This document shows, in pieces, positions 17,601-25,122 of a DNA stretch of 32,000 nucleotides. Positions within the stretch are counted from its first letter, which is position 1. Every line of letters starts with the position of its first letter. Source of the stretch: Candidatus Nanoclepta minutus (GTDB lineage: Archaea; Nanobdellota; Nanobdellia; Nanobdellales; Nanobdellaceae); NCBI GenBank assembly GCA_003568775.1, contig MWMI01000001.1, forward strand, positions 1-32,000, written 5' to 3'. The position numbers and the translations under genes were made by a program. Under the pieces are notes generated by a model. The model searched no databases, was not told the DNA's origin, and was given only the letters and a program-made list of their open reading frames with translations.

Positions 17601-18079
17601 TTTTCTATAAACTCTCTCAATTTTTCTATTATTTGTCTTTTTGCTTCAGAAAAAGTTATTTCACCGTCTATTATATGGAAAAATGGACTTCCATCCTTGA
17701 ATGCCGATATAATAACAAATACCTTCTTATTTTCAATAGCTTCCCTTAAAATTTGTTCCTCCTTTCCAGCAATCAATGGCAAATTTTTTATACCTTCCTC
17801 AAACTTTATCCCTATAAAACCTATAACATCCTTAATTTGAGAATAATCCTTTTTATGAGCTATTAATTTTGATATATCATTTAATATATCCGTTAGTTTG
17901 TCCAATTTACCGATTTTTACCTGAACATAGAAGGGATTACCTTTATAAGAGATTTTAATGTCTGGATACCTCCTTCCATGAATCTTAACTTCTTCAACTC
18001 CAGTAATCTCTTCCCCCAATTCCTTAAAAGTTTCTATTAATATATGATATAAGGACCTTTCCGTTGGATAATCGGCCAT
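14678..18079 (-). CDS. Large single-chain restriction-modification-like enzyme: N-terminal PD-(D/E)xK-like module + gamma-class N6-adenine DNA methyltransferase + C-terminal specificity/helical region (type IIG/IIL-like)
   Basis: 1133 aa. N-terminus E..(RRY)PD-x12-QVK (aa ~16-55). Motif X-like LGRVYHEILPFRTRKVFATFYTHPIAAEIL, motif I VIDPACGSGTLL (aa ~364-375), ITGIDIMPFAAHIAAMNL, motif IV FDVVIMNPPF (aa ~601-610). ~520 aa follow NPPF. TATA-like TTTATAAT lies ~25-30 nt upstream of the ATG. Confidence 0.8.
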   Translation of the reverse strand: MADYPTERSLYHILIETFKELGEEITGVEEVKIHGRRYPDIKISYKGNPFYVQVKIGKLDKLTDILNDISKLIAHKKDYSQIKDVIGFIGIKFEEGIKNLPLIAGKEEQILREAIENKKVFVIISAFKDGSPFFHIIDGEITFSEAKRQIIEKLREFIEKKEIFVNPESIVRLLKEYINELAFILRTYYLSQSSKALVNLVGDISLFKSLLGAKEGDNIDLLEEEDYRAAIVDLLAFILVNQILFYYLYSKRSRGKLPELKQISSFFELKKYFDEILKIDFKAIYSINIFEKLPNDKELLNVVNNIINVLNANPVWKIPQDLLGRVYHEILPFRTRKVFATFYTHPIAAEILAGLTIDNYNETVIDPACGSGTLLVAAYNAKKELYRINSVEDEVRLHKKFVESDITGIDIMPFAAHIAAMNLSLQNIDVETNSLRIGVEDSLNVLSKFMSVNERDWTLVLETVSSELIKVIKGLKSKQKSLLSYLNNKEEKEVNIIIYTVDTADAELQISNKLREEGYKIFSINDESIDLSNSLIAILGIENENVNKLENVFRKLKEKGRFNLAIVIRKGRISNYVLDRLKEIFEGFPVKNIDTFSIRPFDVVIMNPPFSDYEKLPEEYKEKLRHLNNQFAFIRENVGGRANLWVYFLALAHFLLKDNGKIGAVIPINFARGAATEKIRDFFLDRYHIKWIIKPFTDLAFSEAAAFRDILLIASKRNPRDEDITGIVFIKKSIRSSEFTIEEARRIVKDLRSLYEKAREGVLYQYSDPNGFYDVYFIKYEVLRKYRNNLMPLLKEKGLEEDLMEEILEKATDKLVKIRENWTKFGFPTTPGGKSKIVFVTNPFDKNRIKRAYLLLDKKDPISIFVRSKDGSMNFRLSCDQVLPALRTLTDIKNIFLSEEKYDYIIIGPYRGSETLIKMFWKSKNKFDWSRIKESANNSLTYVALQRRIGLASENTHIIAICSDNRFVATDAFIIFNEIRNKYDAAILTIFLNSIIFLYEITKLIKETTGTYTEFMEKDLLQTYILNIDKLSDHEKQVLLDLFEEIKYVDFPSIIKQMKEGLDYIRKYRDKNWEEIFNYLRKVDPGMYARMRIDYTILKILGFNDDEIIDLLESLYDAVYNELKAINRSIEEN

Positions 18080-18177
18080 AAATAAGATTATTAAGTAATA
18101 TTATAAAGGCTTAATTCCACAATAACCTCTAAAAACTTTCTGGAAGGAATAAAAATAAGATAAAGGCTTGCTTTAGG

Positions 18178-18450
18178 TTAATCAACTTCCAAAAATATAT
18201 TTCTAAATTTATCAGAATATATTATATGTGTACCATTATAATAGCATAGAACCCCATTTTCCATACATAAAGTATAATAAGTTTGATTTACTAGTTCTGG
18301 ATCGTACAACATAAGCTTTACCCTGAAATCTTCTATAATATATTTACTCGTATCATAGGGATAAAAAGGAATTTCTCCGATATTAAAAAAGAAATAAATT
18401 AATCCCAAAGAGATCAATAGAATAAATATAACTATAAACTGAGATCTCAT
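18178..18450 (-). CDS. Pilin-like small secreted/membrane protein, paralog 1 (90 aa)
   Basis: N-terminus MRS-QFIVIFILLISLGLIYFF (class III/type IV prepilin-like: short basic leader, small residue, hydrophobic helix). Sequons NQT and NGT, two Cys, C-terminal motif LCYYNGTHIIYS. Confidence 0.6.
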   Translation of the reverse strand: MRSQFIVIFILLISLGLIYFFFNIGEIPFYPYDTSKYIIEDFRVKLMLYDPELVNQTYYTLCMENGVLCYYNGTHIIYSDKFRNIFLEVD

Positions 18451-18785
18451 TTTAAGAATATTTCAACGAATATAGGTGTGCCGTTTATTATATAAAAGGT
18501 CCTTATGCTGTTCCTTAAATCTTCATCCGTATTATTACATGCCAAACTTCCATTAACAAAAACCTTATAGTAATCTAATATATTTGAAGCGATTTGGCAG
18601 GAATAATCTTCTAAATAAGTAACATTGGATGGATATAGGTAATTTATCGATATCAGACTCGATAGGAGGTCTTCCTCTCTAAAACCCCTTATATCATAAT
18701 AAAAGTTCGGTTTATAAGATAACAGTAAATATATGAAGAGTATAGCTATTGTAACTTCCAATATTAATAGGAAATTTGATCTCAT
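18447..18785 (-). CDS. Pilin-like small secreted/membrane protein, paralog 2 (112 aa)
   Basis: N-terminus MRS-NFLLILEVTIAILFIYLLL. Sequons NVT, NGS, NNT and NGT, two Cys, C-terminal FYIINGTPIFVE. ATGA overlaps with both neighbours. Confidence 0.6.
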   Translation of the reverse strand: MRSNFLLILEVTIAILFIYLLLSYKPNFYYDIRGFREEDLLSSLISINYLYPSNVTYLEDYSCQIASNILDYYKVFVNGSLACNNTDEDLRNSIRTFYIINGTPIFVEIFLK

Positions 18786-19192
18786 ACTTTTATTGAAAAT
18801 AGATACAAAGAGCCATTATAATAGCATACCCTTCTAAACTCTAAGAAATTATCTCTCTTCTCTCCTATTTTAAACAACAATTTTCCATCCGATATATCAA
18901 TAACCTCCAAACTAACATTATCCCTTATACCTAAACTCTTCATGTATTCATAGAAACTTGAAGGATCAGATAAATAATATATCAAGTTATCCGTTATATT
19001 ACATGTCTTATTTGAGAAGGTTTGGGACTCTGTAAGACTTTTAATTAATACCCTCCCTTCATAAAACTTCCTTAACAAGTATAATTCTTCCCTAAATGAA
19101 TTATAAGAATTCCCCACAAAGCTGATCGATAGTATGAATATCAGAGTACATATCGTTAGTACTAATATCAACTCAACCGACTTTATAAGCAT
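18782..19192 (-). CDS. Pilin-like small secreted/membrane protein, paralog 3 (136 aa)
   Basis: N-terminus MLIKS-VELILVLTICTLIFILSISF (compare the S-x-E-[FL] start of archaeal DUF361-type pilins). Sequons NKT, NIT and NGS; two Cys outside the N-terminal helix plus one within it; C-terminal VCYYNGSLYLFS. Confidence 0.6.
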   Translation of the reverse strand: MLIKSVELILVLTICTLIFILSISFVGNSYNSFREELYLLRKFYEGRVLIKSLTESQTFSNKTCNITDNLIYYLSDPSSFYEYMKSLGIRDNVSLEVIDISDGKLLFKIGEKRDNFLEFRRVCYYNGSLYLFSIKV

Positions 19193-19234
19193 ATCCTCTT
19201 TATTTTTTAAATGTTTTTATCTTTATCTTATCAC

Positions 19235-19774
19235 ATGAATACAAAACTCATATCCATGCTGAAAGAGCAAAAGAAAATAGTTACAGTCAAATCGTATAAC
19301 CTACCAATATCCAGAAAGAAAACCGTAAACTTGGCCAAATATATAAAATATCTACCATTGAAAATAGCTAAGAGGTATTTAGAGGAGATTATAGAAAAGA
19401 AAAGAGCTGTTCCATATTATAGATATAATAGAGATATCCCACACAGAAGGAACATTGATGCTAAAATAAAACAAGGAAGATATCCAGTAAAATCTGCAAA
19501 GTATATGCTAAAATTATTGAATTCTTTGGAAAAAAATGCAATAAACTTAGGTTTGGACCCTTCAAAGATACTAATTTTGTATATATTAGTTAATAAAGGC
19601 AATAGAACTCCTCTAAAAATAAACTATGAAGGTAGAAGGGTTAGGAGGAAATCCACCCATATTGAAGTTTATGGAATATTTATAGATCAATTCGATCCTT
19701 CGAAGAAATATAAAAGGAAAGAATTAAAAGCTTTAGTAGAATCAATAATTAAAGAATGGCTACAGAAAACTTAA
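19235..19774 (+). CDS. rpl22: 50S ribosomal protein L22 (uL22); start ambiguous (19211, 19235 or 19256)
   Basis: NLPISRKKTVNLAKYIKYLPLKIAKRYLEEII, QGRYPVKSAKYMLKLLNSLEKNA, THIEV. TATA-like TTTTTTAAA at ~19201-19210 favours the ATG at 19235. Confidence 0.88.
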   Translation: MNTKLISMLKEQKKIVTVKSYNLPISRKKTVNLAKYIKYLPLKIAKRYLEEIIEKKRAVPYYRYNRDIPHRRNIDAKIKQGRYPVKSAKYMLKLLNSLEKNAINLGLDPSKILILYILVNKGNRTPLKINYEGRRVRRKSTHIEVYGIFIDQFDPSKKYKRKELKALVESIIKEWLQKT

Positions 19775-20445
19775 GAAAGATAATAGAACATAAAAAGAGG
19801 GAAACCTTATTAAACTTCATTTTAAAGAGAGAATTCAAGGGAAAACTAATAAGCAGAATAATTTACTTTGATACACCTTTAGGAGAGAAGATATTAATAT
19901 TCTGTGCAAGACCAAGACTAGTATTAGGGAAAGCTAATGAGAATTTAGAAAAAATATTGAACATATGTAAAAGGATCGGGTTCAAAAATCCGCAGATTGA
20001 AGCTGTACCTGTTGAAAATCCCCTACTAGATGCTAACATTGTTGCAGATCTTATAGCTTCAAAAATAGAGAGACAGGGGGCAAGGGCAGCAAGAAAGATT
20101 GCAATGAATATTTCTGAAAGTGTAATGAAGGCTGGAGCTATTGGTATCGAAATTAGAATAACTGGAAAGGTCATAGGAGAAAGGTCTTCAACCATTAGGA
20201 TCCAGAAGGGAAAGATGAAAAAATCTGGGGAAATAAACAAGATATTTGGTACTGCCATCTCTCATGCTTTCCTTCCACAGGGTAGCGTTGGTGTAAAGGT
20301 AAAGATCCTACCACCTAATGCAACATTAATGGATAATATAAGGATTAAGAAATATAATGAATTAGATTTAGAGAAATTGGAAAAGATAGATCCTAGAATA
20401 ATAGATATATTAAACAAAAAGTATAATATTACTGGCCAACCATAA
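19756..20445 (+). CDS. rps3: 30S ribosomal protein S3 (uS3)
   Basis: A KH-domain region, then MKAGAIGIEIRITGKVIGERSSTIRIQKGKM. It overlaps the L22 end by 19 nt. Confidence 0.9.
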   Translation: MATENLRKIIEHKKRETLLNFILKREFKGKLISRIIYFDTPLGEKILIFCARPRLVLGKANENLEKILNICKRIGFKNPQIEAVPVENPLLDANIVADLIASKIERQGARAARKIAMNISESVMKAGAIGIEIRITGKVIGERSSTIRIQKGKMKKSGEINKIFGTAISHAFLPQGSVGVKVKILPPNATLMDNIRIKKYNELDLEKLEKIDPRIIDILNKKYNITGQP

Positions 20446-21685
20446 CTTCCTTTCCCATTTTATCTAAAACTATTTTTATTATATCCCTTCCATTTAGAAA
20501 TCCAAGACTTCCCTTCCTACATTGTCTTTCTCCAAACTTCTTAATTAATCCCCATCTGCTAAATGGAGAATAGATGAATATTGGAACTGGATCCGATATA
20601 TGCCTACCAAGTATACTTGAAGTCGAGTGATCTCCAGTTAATACTATTATATCGAATTCTTCCTTAATCCTCCCTATAAACTCCTCATCAATCCTCTCTA
20701 TGAATTTCTTCTTTTCCTTCGGGTTTCTATCATGTGAAAGGCTATCGGTAGCCTTTATATGGACGAATATAATATCATATTTGTCCCTATTAGATATCGC
20801 AGCCTCAGCCTTAGAAAAAAGGGAAGTCCTAACAGTTGCAGTAGCCCCAACAGGTCTATATGCATCCATACCGAGGTATCTTGCAACACCTAAGTATAAA
20901 GCTCCACCAGCAATAAACAAAGATCTTATTCCATACCTTTTCTGAAATCTTTCCTCATCAGGAAGTTCCTTATATTTAGAAGCTCCCCTAATTAAGATAT
21001 AATTTATTGGAAGTAAATTCTTTTTCCTTCTATCATCGTTTATCGGATGCTTATTTGAAAATATATAGAACCTCTCTATTAATTTATTTAAAATTTCAGC
21101 TGTAATCTTTGCTTTTTCTTCTAAAGGTTCTATCCTTATAATTTTCTCGTTTTCTACATGTAAATCATTTGGAGATACTTTCTCGCTTTCTAAACCCCTC
21201 ATTATTAAAACTCCTCTATGCTCAACTGTATGAATAAGGTCTATCTCAACTCCATATTCTTTCTCTATTTTTTCTATTTCTTCCTCAAAATCCCTTAAAA
21301 TTATATCTAAACCGTAATCATTCCTCCCTATCCTTCTATCTATTATTATATCGTTCATAACGGTGGAAAAATTAACCCTATACGCTATATCACCCTCCTT
21401 CAAGCCTATCTTCATACCTAACTTTATTTCACTTCCAATAGCCTCCAATATCCCCCTACCGGGATATACGTTTAGCTCATATCCAAAAAGCGATATATGT
21501 CCCGTATCGCTTCCAGGAACAATACCCCTTTCTATTATATTAACTAAACCACAATCAGAATATCTAGCAAGCTTATCGATATTGTTTTTCTTAGCAGCCT
21601 CTAAAGGAGTTTTATTCCCCAGATCCTTTATTACATGATCTCCTAATCCATCCAAAATTACAAAAAGTGTTTTAAATGAGCTCAT
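20429..21685 (-). CDS. apgM: Cofactor-independent phosphoglycerate mutase, archaeal type (ApgM)
   Basis: LFVILDGLGD, GSDTGHISLFGY, IFVHIKATDSLSHD, VLTGDHSTS. These are metalloenzyme-superfamily motifs of archaeal iPGM. Confidence 0.88.
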   Translation of the reverse strand: MSSFKTLFVILDGLGDHVIKDLGNKTPLEAAKKNNIDKLARYSDCGLVNIIERGIVPGSDTGHISLFGYELNVYPGRGILEAIGSEIKLGMKIGLKEGDIAYRVNFSTVMNDIIIDRRIGRNDYGLDIILRDFEEEIEKIEKEYGVEIDLIHTVEHRGVLIMRGLESEKVSPNDLHVENEKIIRIEPLEEKAKITAEILNKLIERFYIFSNKHPINDDRRKKNLLPINYILIRGASKYKELPDEERFQKRYGIRSLFIAGGALYLGVARYLGMDAYRPVGATATVRTSLFSKAEAAISNRDKYDIIFVHIKATDSLSHDRNPKEKKKFIERIDEEFIGRIKEEFDIIVLTGDHSTSSILGRHISDPVPIFIYSPFSRWGLIKKFGERQCRKGSLGFLNGRDIIKIVLDKMGKEVMVGQ

Positions 21686-21722
21686 GCATTTTTATAGTTT
21701 TACGTTAAATTTATGTTTTATA

Positions 21723-21807
21723 GCGGGGGTGCCCGAGAGGTCAAAGGGGTCGGGCTCAAGACCCGATGGGCTCAGGCCCACCAGGGGTTCGAATCCCCTC
21801 CCCCGCA
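21723..21807 (+). tRNA. tRNA-Leu (CAA), class II with long variable arm
   Basis: GCGGGGG-TG-CCCGAGAGGTCAAAGGGG-TCGGG-CTCAAGA-CCCGA-TGGGCTCAGGCCCAC-CAGGGG-TTCGAAT-CCCCT-CCCCCGC-A. Confidence 0.9.
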
Positions 21808-21810
21808 TAA

Positions 21811-22038
21811 CTAGAACTTTATGTTCCCCGATATATACCTTTTAGCCATTTTCTTGGCCTTTCTAAAGCATTTTAAATGAACATAATACTTTTGATTTTG
21901 AAAAGATATCGTTTTATATTCTTCATCCTTATATATTGGTTTATTACAAACAATGCAATTTCCTATAACTTTTTCTTCCTCTTTCTTTACCTCTTTCTCC
22001 TTTTTTTCTTTCTTAAAGATTCTCTCAAATAATCCCAT
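21811..22038 (-). CDS. Small hypothetical zinc-ribbon-like protein (75 aa)
   Basis: A K/E-rich N-terminus followed by CIVC...(x22)...HLKC. No family recognised. Confidence 0.4.
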   Translation of the reverse strand: MGLFERIFKKEKKEKEVKKEEEKVIGNCIVCNKPIYKDEEYKTISFQNQKYYVHLKCFRKAKKMAKRYISGNIKF

Positions 22039-22076
22039 AAATATGTAGATTTAAAAATAATATTTAATGTTTTATA

Positions 22077-23120
22077 ATGGGACTTGCCGAGATAAGGCAA
22101 CTTATAAAGGAGTGTATAAAAGAGGTTGAAATCGAAAAGCTTTCCGGTAATACAGTTGCTATTGATGCCTTCAATGCTCTATATCAATTCCTAACTGCAA
22201 TAAGACAACCAGATGGTACACCACTCATGGATAGCAAGGGGAGGATAACTTCACATCTCTCCGGCCTATTCTATAGAACAAAGAGGTTGATAGAATATGG
22301 GATAAGACCCATATACATCTTTGATGGAAAACATCCTGAGTTTAAAAAGAAGGAGATAGAAATAAGGGAGGAATTAAAGAAAAAAATGGAAGAAAAATAT
22401 AAGAAAGCTATAGAACTTGGAATAAAGTCTGATATGAAGAAATATGCAGTTGGTACAGCTAGACTTACTCCAGATATGATAGAGGAATCCAAAGATTTGT
22501 TGGAAGCTATGGGAATACCTTATATACAAGCCCCTTCCGAAGGAGAAGCACAAGTTGCTAGGCTGGTTATTGATAGGGTGGCGGACTATGCCGCAACACA
22601 GGATTATGATGCCTTACTATTTGGGTCTAGTAGAATCGTAAGGAACCTTGTAATAACTGGAAAGAAAAAAGTAAGAGGGGTTGAAGTAGAGATTTCACCA
22701 GAAATAATTGAACTAGAGGAAATCTTAAACAAATGCTTAAAAATTGATAGGGAAAGGCTTATATGGTTTGCCCTAATAGTTGGAACCGATTATAATCCAG
22801 ACGGTATACCAGGTATAGGAATAAAAACGGCCTATGAGTTAGTAAAATCTACGAGTGATCCTGAAAAGTTGTTTAAGTATGTTAACTGGGAAAAATACTA
22901 CAAAGATATAGATTGGAGAGAATTGGTAGAATTCTTTCTAGATCCACCGACAATAAAAGTTGAAAAAGTAGAATGGAGAGAACCTAACGAAGAAAAAATA
23001 ATTGAAATACTAGTGAAGAGGCATGACTTCAATGAAGAAAGGGTTAAAAAAGCCATTGAGGAGTTAAAAAAAGGATTCAAAAAGGGTTCACAGAAATCTA
23101 TTTTAGGTTTCTTTAAGTAA
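22077..23120 (+). CDS. fen: Flap endonuclease 1 (FEN-1)
   Basis: AIDAFNALYQFLTAIRQPDGTPLMDSKGRITSHLSGLFYRT, IFDGKHPEFK, APSEGEAQVA, TQDYDALLFG, GTDYNPDGIPGIGIKTA. Confidence 0.93.
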   Translation: MGLAEIRQLIKECIKEVEIEKLSGNTVAIDAFNALYQFLTAIRQPDGTPLMDSKGRITSHLSGLFYRTKRLIEYGIRPIYIFDGKHPEFKKKEIEIREELKKKMEEKYKKAIELGIKSDMKKYAVGTARLTPDMIEESKDLLEAMGIPYIQAPSEGEAQVARLVIDRVADYAATQDYDALLFGSSRIVRNLVITGKKKVRGVEVEISPEIIELEEILNKCLKIDRERLIWFALIVGTDYNPDGIPGIGIKTAYELVKSTSDPEKLFKYVNWEKYYKDIDWRELVEFFLDPPTIKVEKVEWREPNEEKIIEILVKRHDFNEERVKKAIEELKKGFKKGSQKSILGFFK

Positions 23121-23149
23121 TATTACTAAAATTAAAAACTATAACTACT

Positions 23150-23860
23150 TTAATTCTTATAATGGATATGCCGCGGTGCCCGAGCGGCCCAAGGGGAGGG
23201 ATTGCTAATCCCTTCCCCGTAAGGGGACGCGGGTTCAAATCCCGCCCGCGGCGTTAAACTTTTTTCAAGATATGGAAGAATGAACTTCTCAGTTATATAT
23301 CCTATATACCACTCCAAAATATCTTTATTTACCATAACAACCCTATTAGAATATGAATTAACTTTAATATTATTCCCCAGAATATCGTATCTTGCAACTA
23401 TCAAATAAGCTTTATCCTCATCTAATATATAACCATAAATACTTGACTGCATCTCTCCCATGCTCTTTATAATGTCTAAATATTTTTCTGGGGCATTCTT
23501 CCTTATAGTCTTTATCTCTGTTGGAAGTCCACTACAGAATGCATCGGGTCTAGCGATAAGTATTATATCCAAACCTCCATATTCTAGTTTCTTCTTATAA
23601 TATTCCCTATTATACTCACATTCTGTAATTCTACATACTTCCTCTTGAAGCTTACTAAAAAAAGTTCTATTTCTATTATTAAAGAAATTAAAATTCTCTA
23701 AATATCTCCCTTTATTTAAAATCAAATATATTTTTACAATAACATAGGCTGCAGTTACTACATTATCTTCATTTATAGATATATGACCCCTCCTGAAAGC
23801 ATCCTCTATTATAGAATTTATTTGATCAATATTACTACGACTGAGTTTATATTCAAGCAT
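23150..23860 (-). CDS. Hypothetical protein with a PD-(D/E)xK (RecB/Cas4-like) nuclease-type motif; the 3' end reads antisense through tRNA-Ser
   Basis: 236-aa track ORF. The candidate catalytic core is GGLDIILIARPD-x11-PTEIKT. The last ~35 codons (…TPRAGFEPASPYGEGISNPSPWAARAPRHIHYKN) are the complement of tRNA-Ser. The functional C-terminus is therefore uncertain. Confidence 0.5.
   Translation of the reverse strand: MLEYKLSRSNIDQINSIIEDAFRRGHISINEDNVVTAAYVIVKIYLILNKGRYLENFNFFNNRNRTFFSKLQEEVCRITECEYNREYYKKKLEYGGLDIILIARPDAFCSGLPTEIKTIRKNAPEKYLDIIKSMGEMQSSIYGYILDEDKAYLIVARYDILGNNIKVNSYSNRVVMVNKDILEWYIGYITEKFILPYLEKSLTPRAGFEPASPYGEGISNPSPWAARAPRHIHYKN
23170..23253 (+). tRNA. tRNA-Ser (GCU), class II
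   Basis: GCCGCGG-TG-CCCGAGCGGCCCAAGGGG-AGGGA-TTGCTAA-TCCCT-TCCCCGTAAGGGGAC-GCGGG-TTCAAAT-CCCGC-CCGCGGC-G. Confidence 0.9.
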
Positions 23861-23897
23861 ATTAAAATATTAAAAAGTATTTATTAATAACTCTTAA

Positions 23898-24497
23898 ATG
23901 GCTCATGGTCCAAGGTATAATGTAAAATATAGGAGAAGAAGAGAGGAAAAAACAGATTATAGAAAGAGATTGAAACTATTAAAATCTGGCCTACCAAGGT
24001 TAGTTGTTAGAAGAGGAATCTGGAATTTTACAGTCCAATTGATTGAATATAGAGAGGATGGAGATAGAACAGTTTTAACAGTTCATTCAAAGATGTTATA
24101 TAAAAAGTTTGGATGGTTGGGTCATAGAGGAAATACACCGACGGCTTACCTAACCGGATTGCTATTCGGATTTGAGGCAATAAAGAGGGGATATAAGAAG
24201 GCAATATTAGACATAGGTAGACATAGTATTACGAAGGGATCTTCAATACTTGCAGTATTAAAGGGAGCTTTAGACGCAGGATTGGAGGTTCCGCACTCTC
24301 CAGACAAAATACCATCAGAGGAAAGGATAATGGGAAAGCATATAGAGGAATATGCGAAGTACTTAATAAAAAACAACAAAGATAAGTATAAAAAACAATT
24401 CAGCTACTATTTAAAAGTAGGATTAAAGCCTGAAGAATTTACTAAACATTTTATGGAGGTTAAAGAAAAAATAATTAGTTATTATAAAGAAAAATGA
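23898..24497 (+). CDS. rpl18: 50S ribosomal protein L18 (uL18)
   Basis: MAHGPRYNVKYRRRREEKTDYRKRLKLLKSGLPRLVVRR, NTPTAYLTGLLFG, ILDIGRH..KGSSILAVLKGALDAGLEVPH. Confidence 0.9.
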   Translation: MAHGPRYNVKYRRRREEKTDYRKRLKLLKSGLPRLVVRRGIWNFTVQLIEYREDGDRTVLTVHSKMLYKKFGWLGHRGNTPTAYLTGLLFGFEAIKRGYKKAILDIGRHSITKGSSILAVLKGALDAGLEVPHSPDKIPSEERIMGKHIEEYAKYLIKNNKDKYKKQFSYYLKVGLKPEEFTKHFMEVKEKIISYYKEK

Positions 24498-24739
24498 GCT
24501 GGAGAGATAACCTAGATCCCGTACTAAAGGATTTCTTAAACAGCCTACTAAAGGAAGTTCAAAAGCAAAAGAAAGCTTATAGTGAGGCTGATGATCCAGC
24601 AATAGCCCAGATATGGACAGCTTTATCAATAATTTACAGAAAAATATTATTATTAGAAAGAGAAATTGAAGATATTAAGGGGAAGATCTCAGAAAATGAT
24701 CTTAAAAATAAGCTAGAAGAAAGTTTAAAGAAAATTTAG
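24494..24739 (+). CDS. Small hypothetical coiled-coil protein (81 aa)
   Basis: Track ORF. ATGA overlap with the L18 stop suggests translational coupling. No family recognised. Confidence 0.45.
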   Translation: MSWRDNLDPVLKDFLNSLLKEVQKQKKAYSEADDPAIAQIWTALSIIYRKILLLEREIEDIKGKISENDLKNKLEESLKKI

Positions 24740-25122
24740 AAAACATAAGCTATCAAAACCCCTCCTATTTTTTCCTTCTTACATTCCTCATTAGTTTTTA
24801 TTCCTTTATTGGTAGAGACTAAGAGTATACCAAAACCTCTAGCCGGCAGATACCTTTTCTCATATTTCTCGAATTCCTCATATCCTACTGGGAACCTCGG
24901 CTTTATCGCATTACCTTTATTGAAATATTCAGAAAAGAAAACCTTAACCTTACCTCCCCTCTCTAATGAAACTATCTCATAATTATATACATACCCATAC
25001 TCCTTTAACTTATCCAAAACTGCTATGAGAAGCTTGTTTATTGGAGAAAACTCTACTTCAAATTTACCTTTAGAAACACAATTAGTTGCATGAGAAAAGA
25101 AATCGTTGATTATATCCACCAT
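24736..25122 (-). CDS. rps8: 30S ribosomal protein S8 (uS8)
   Basis: DIINDFFSHATNCVSKGKFEVEFSPINKLLIAVLDKLKEYGYV, GILLVSTNKGIKTNEECKKEKIGGVLIAYVF. Confidence 0.9.
   Translation of the reverse strand: MVDIINDFFSHATNCVSKGKFEVEFSPINKLLIAVLDKLKEYGYVYNYEIVSLERGGKVKVFFSEYFNKGNAIKPRFPVGYEEFEKYEKRYLPARGFGILLVSTNKGIKTNEECKKEKIGGVLIAYVF

Noticed and set aside
14640-19234. Integrated element with att sites at tRNA-Glu
   Set aside because: There is no integrase or transposase gene. By eye there is no second copy of the tRNA-Glu 3' segment, and the base composition is indistinguishable from the flanks. It is kept only as a low-confidence hypothesis in the findings.
23150-23860. SSV-type integrase fragment (int partitioned by integration into a tRNA gene)
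   Set aside because: Overlap with a tRNA is suggestive, but the protein shows no tyrosine-recombinase R...HxxR...Y pattern. The overlap also covers the entire tRNA in antisense rather than its 3' half. A PD-(D/E)xK-like motif fits better.
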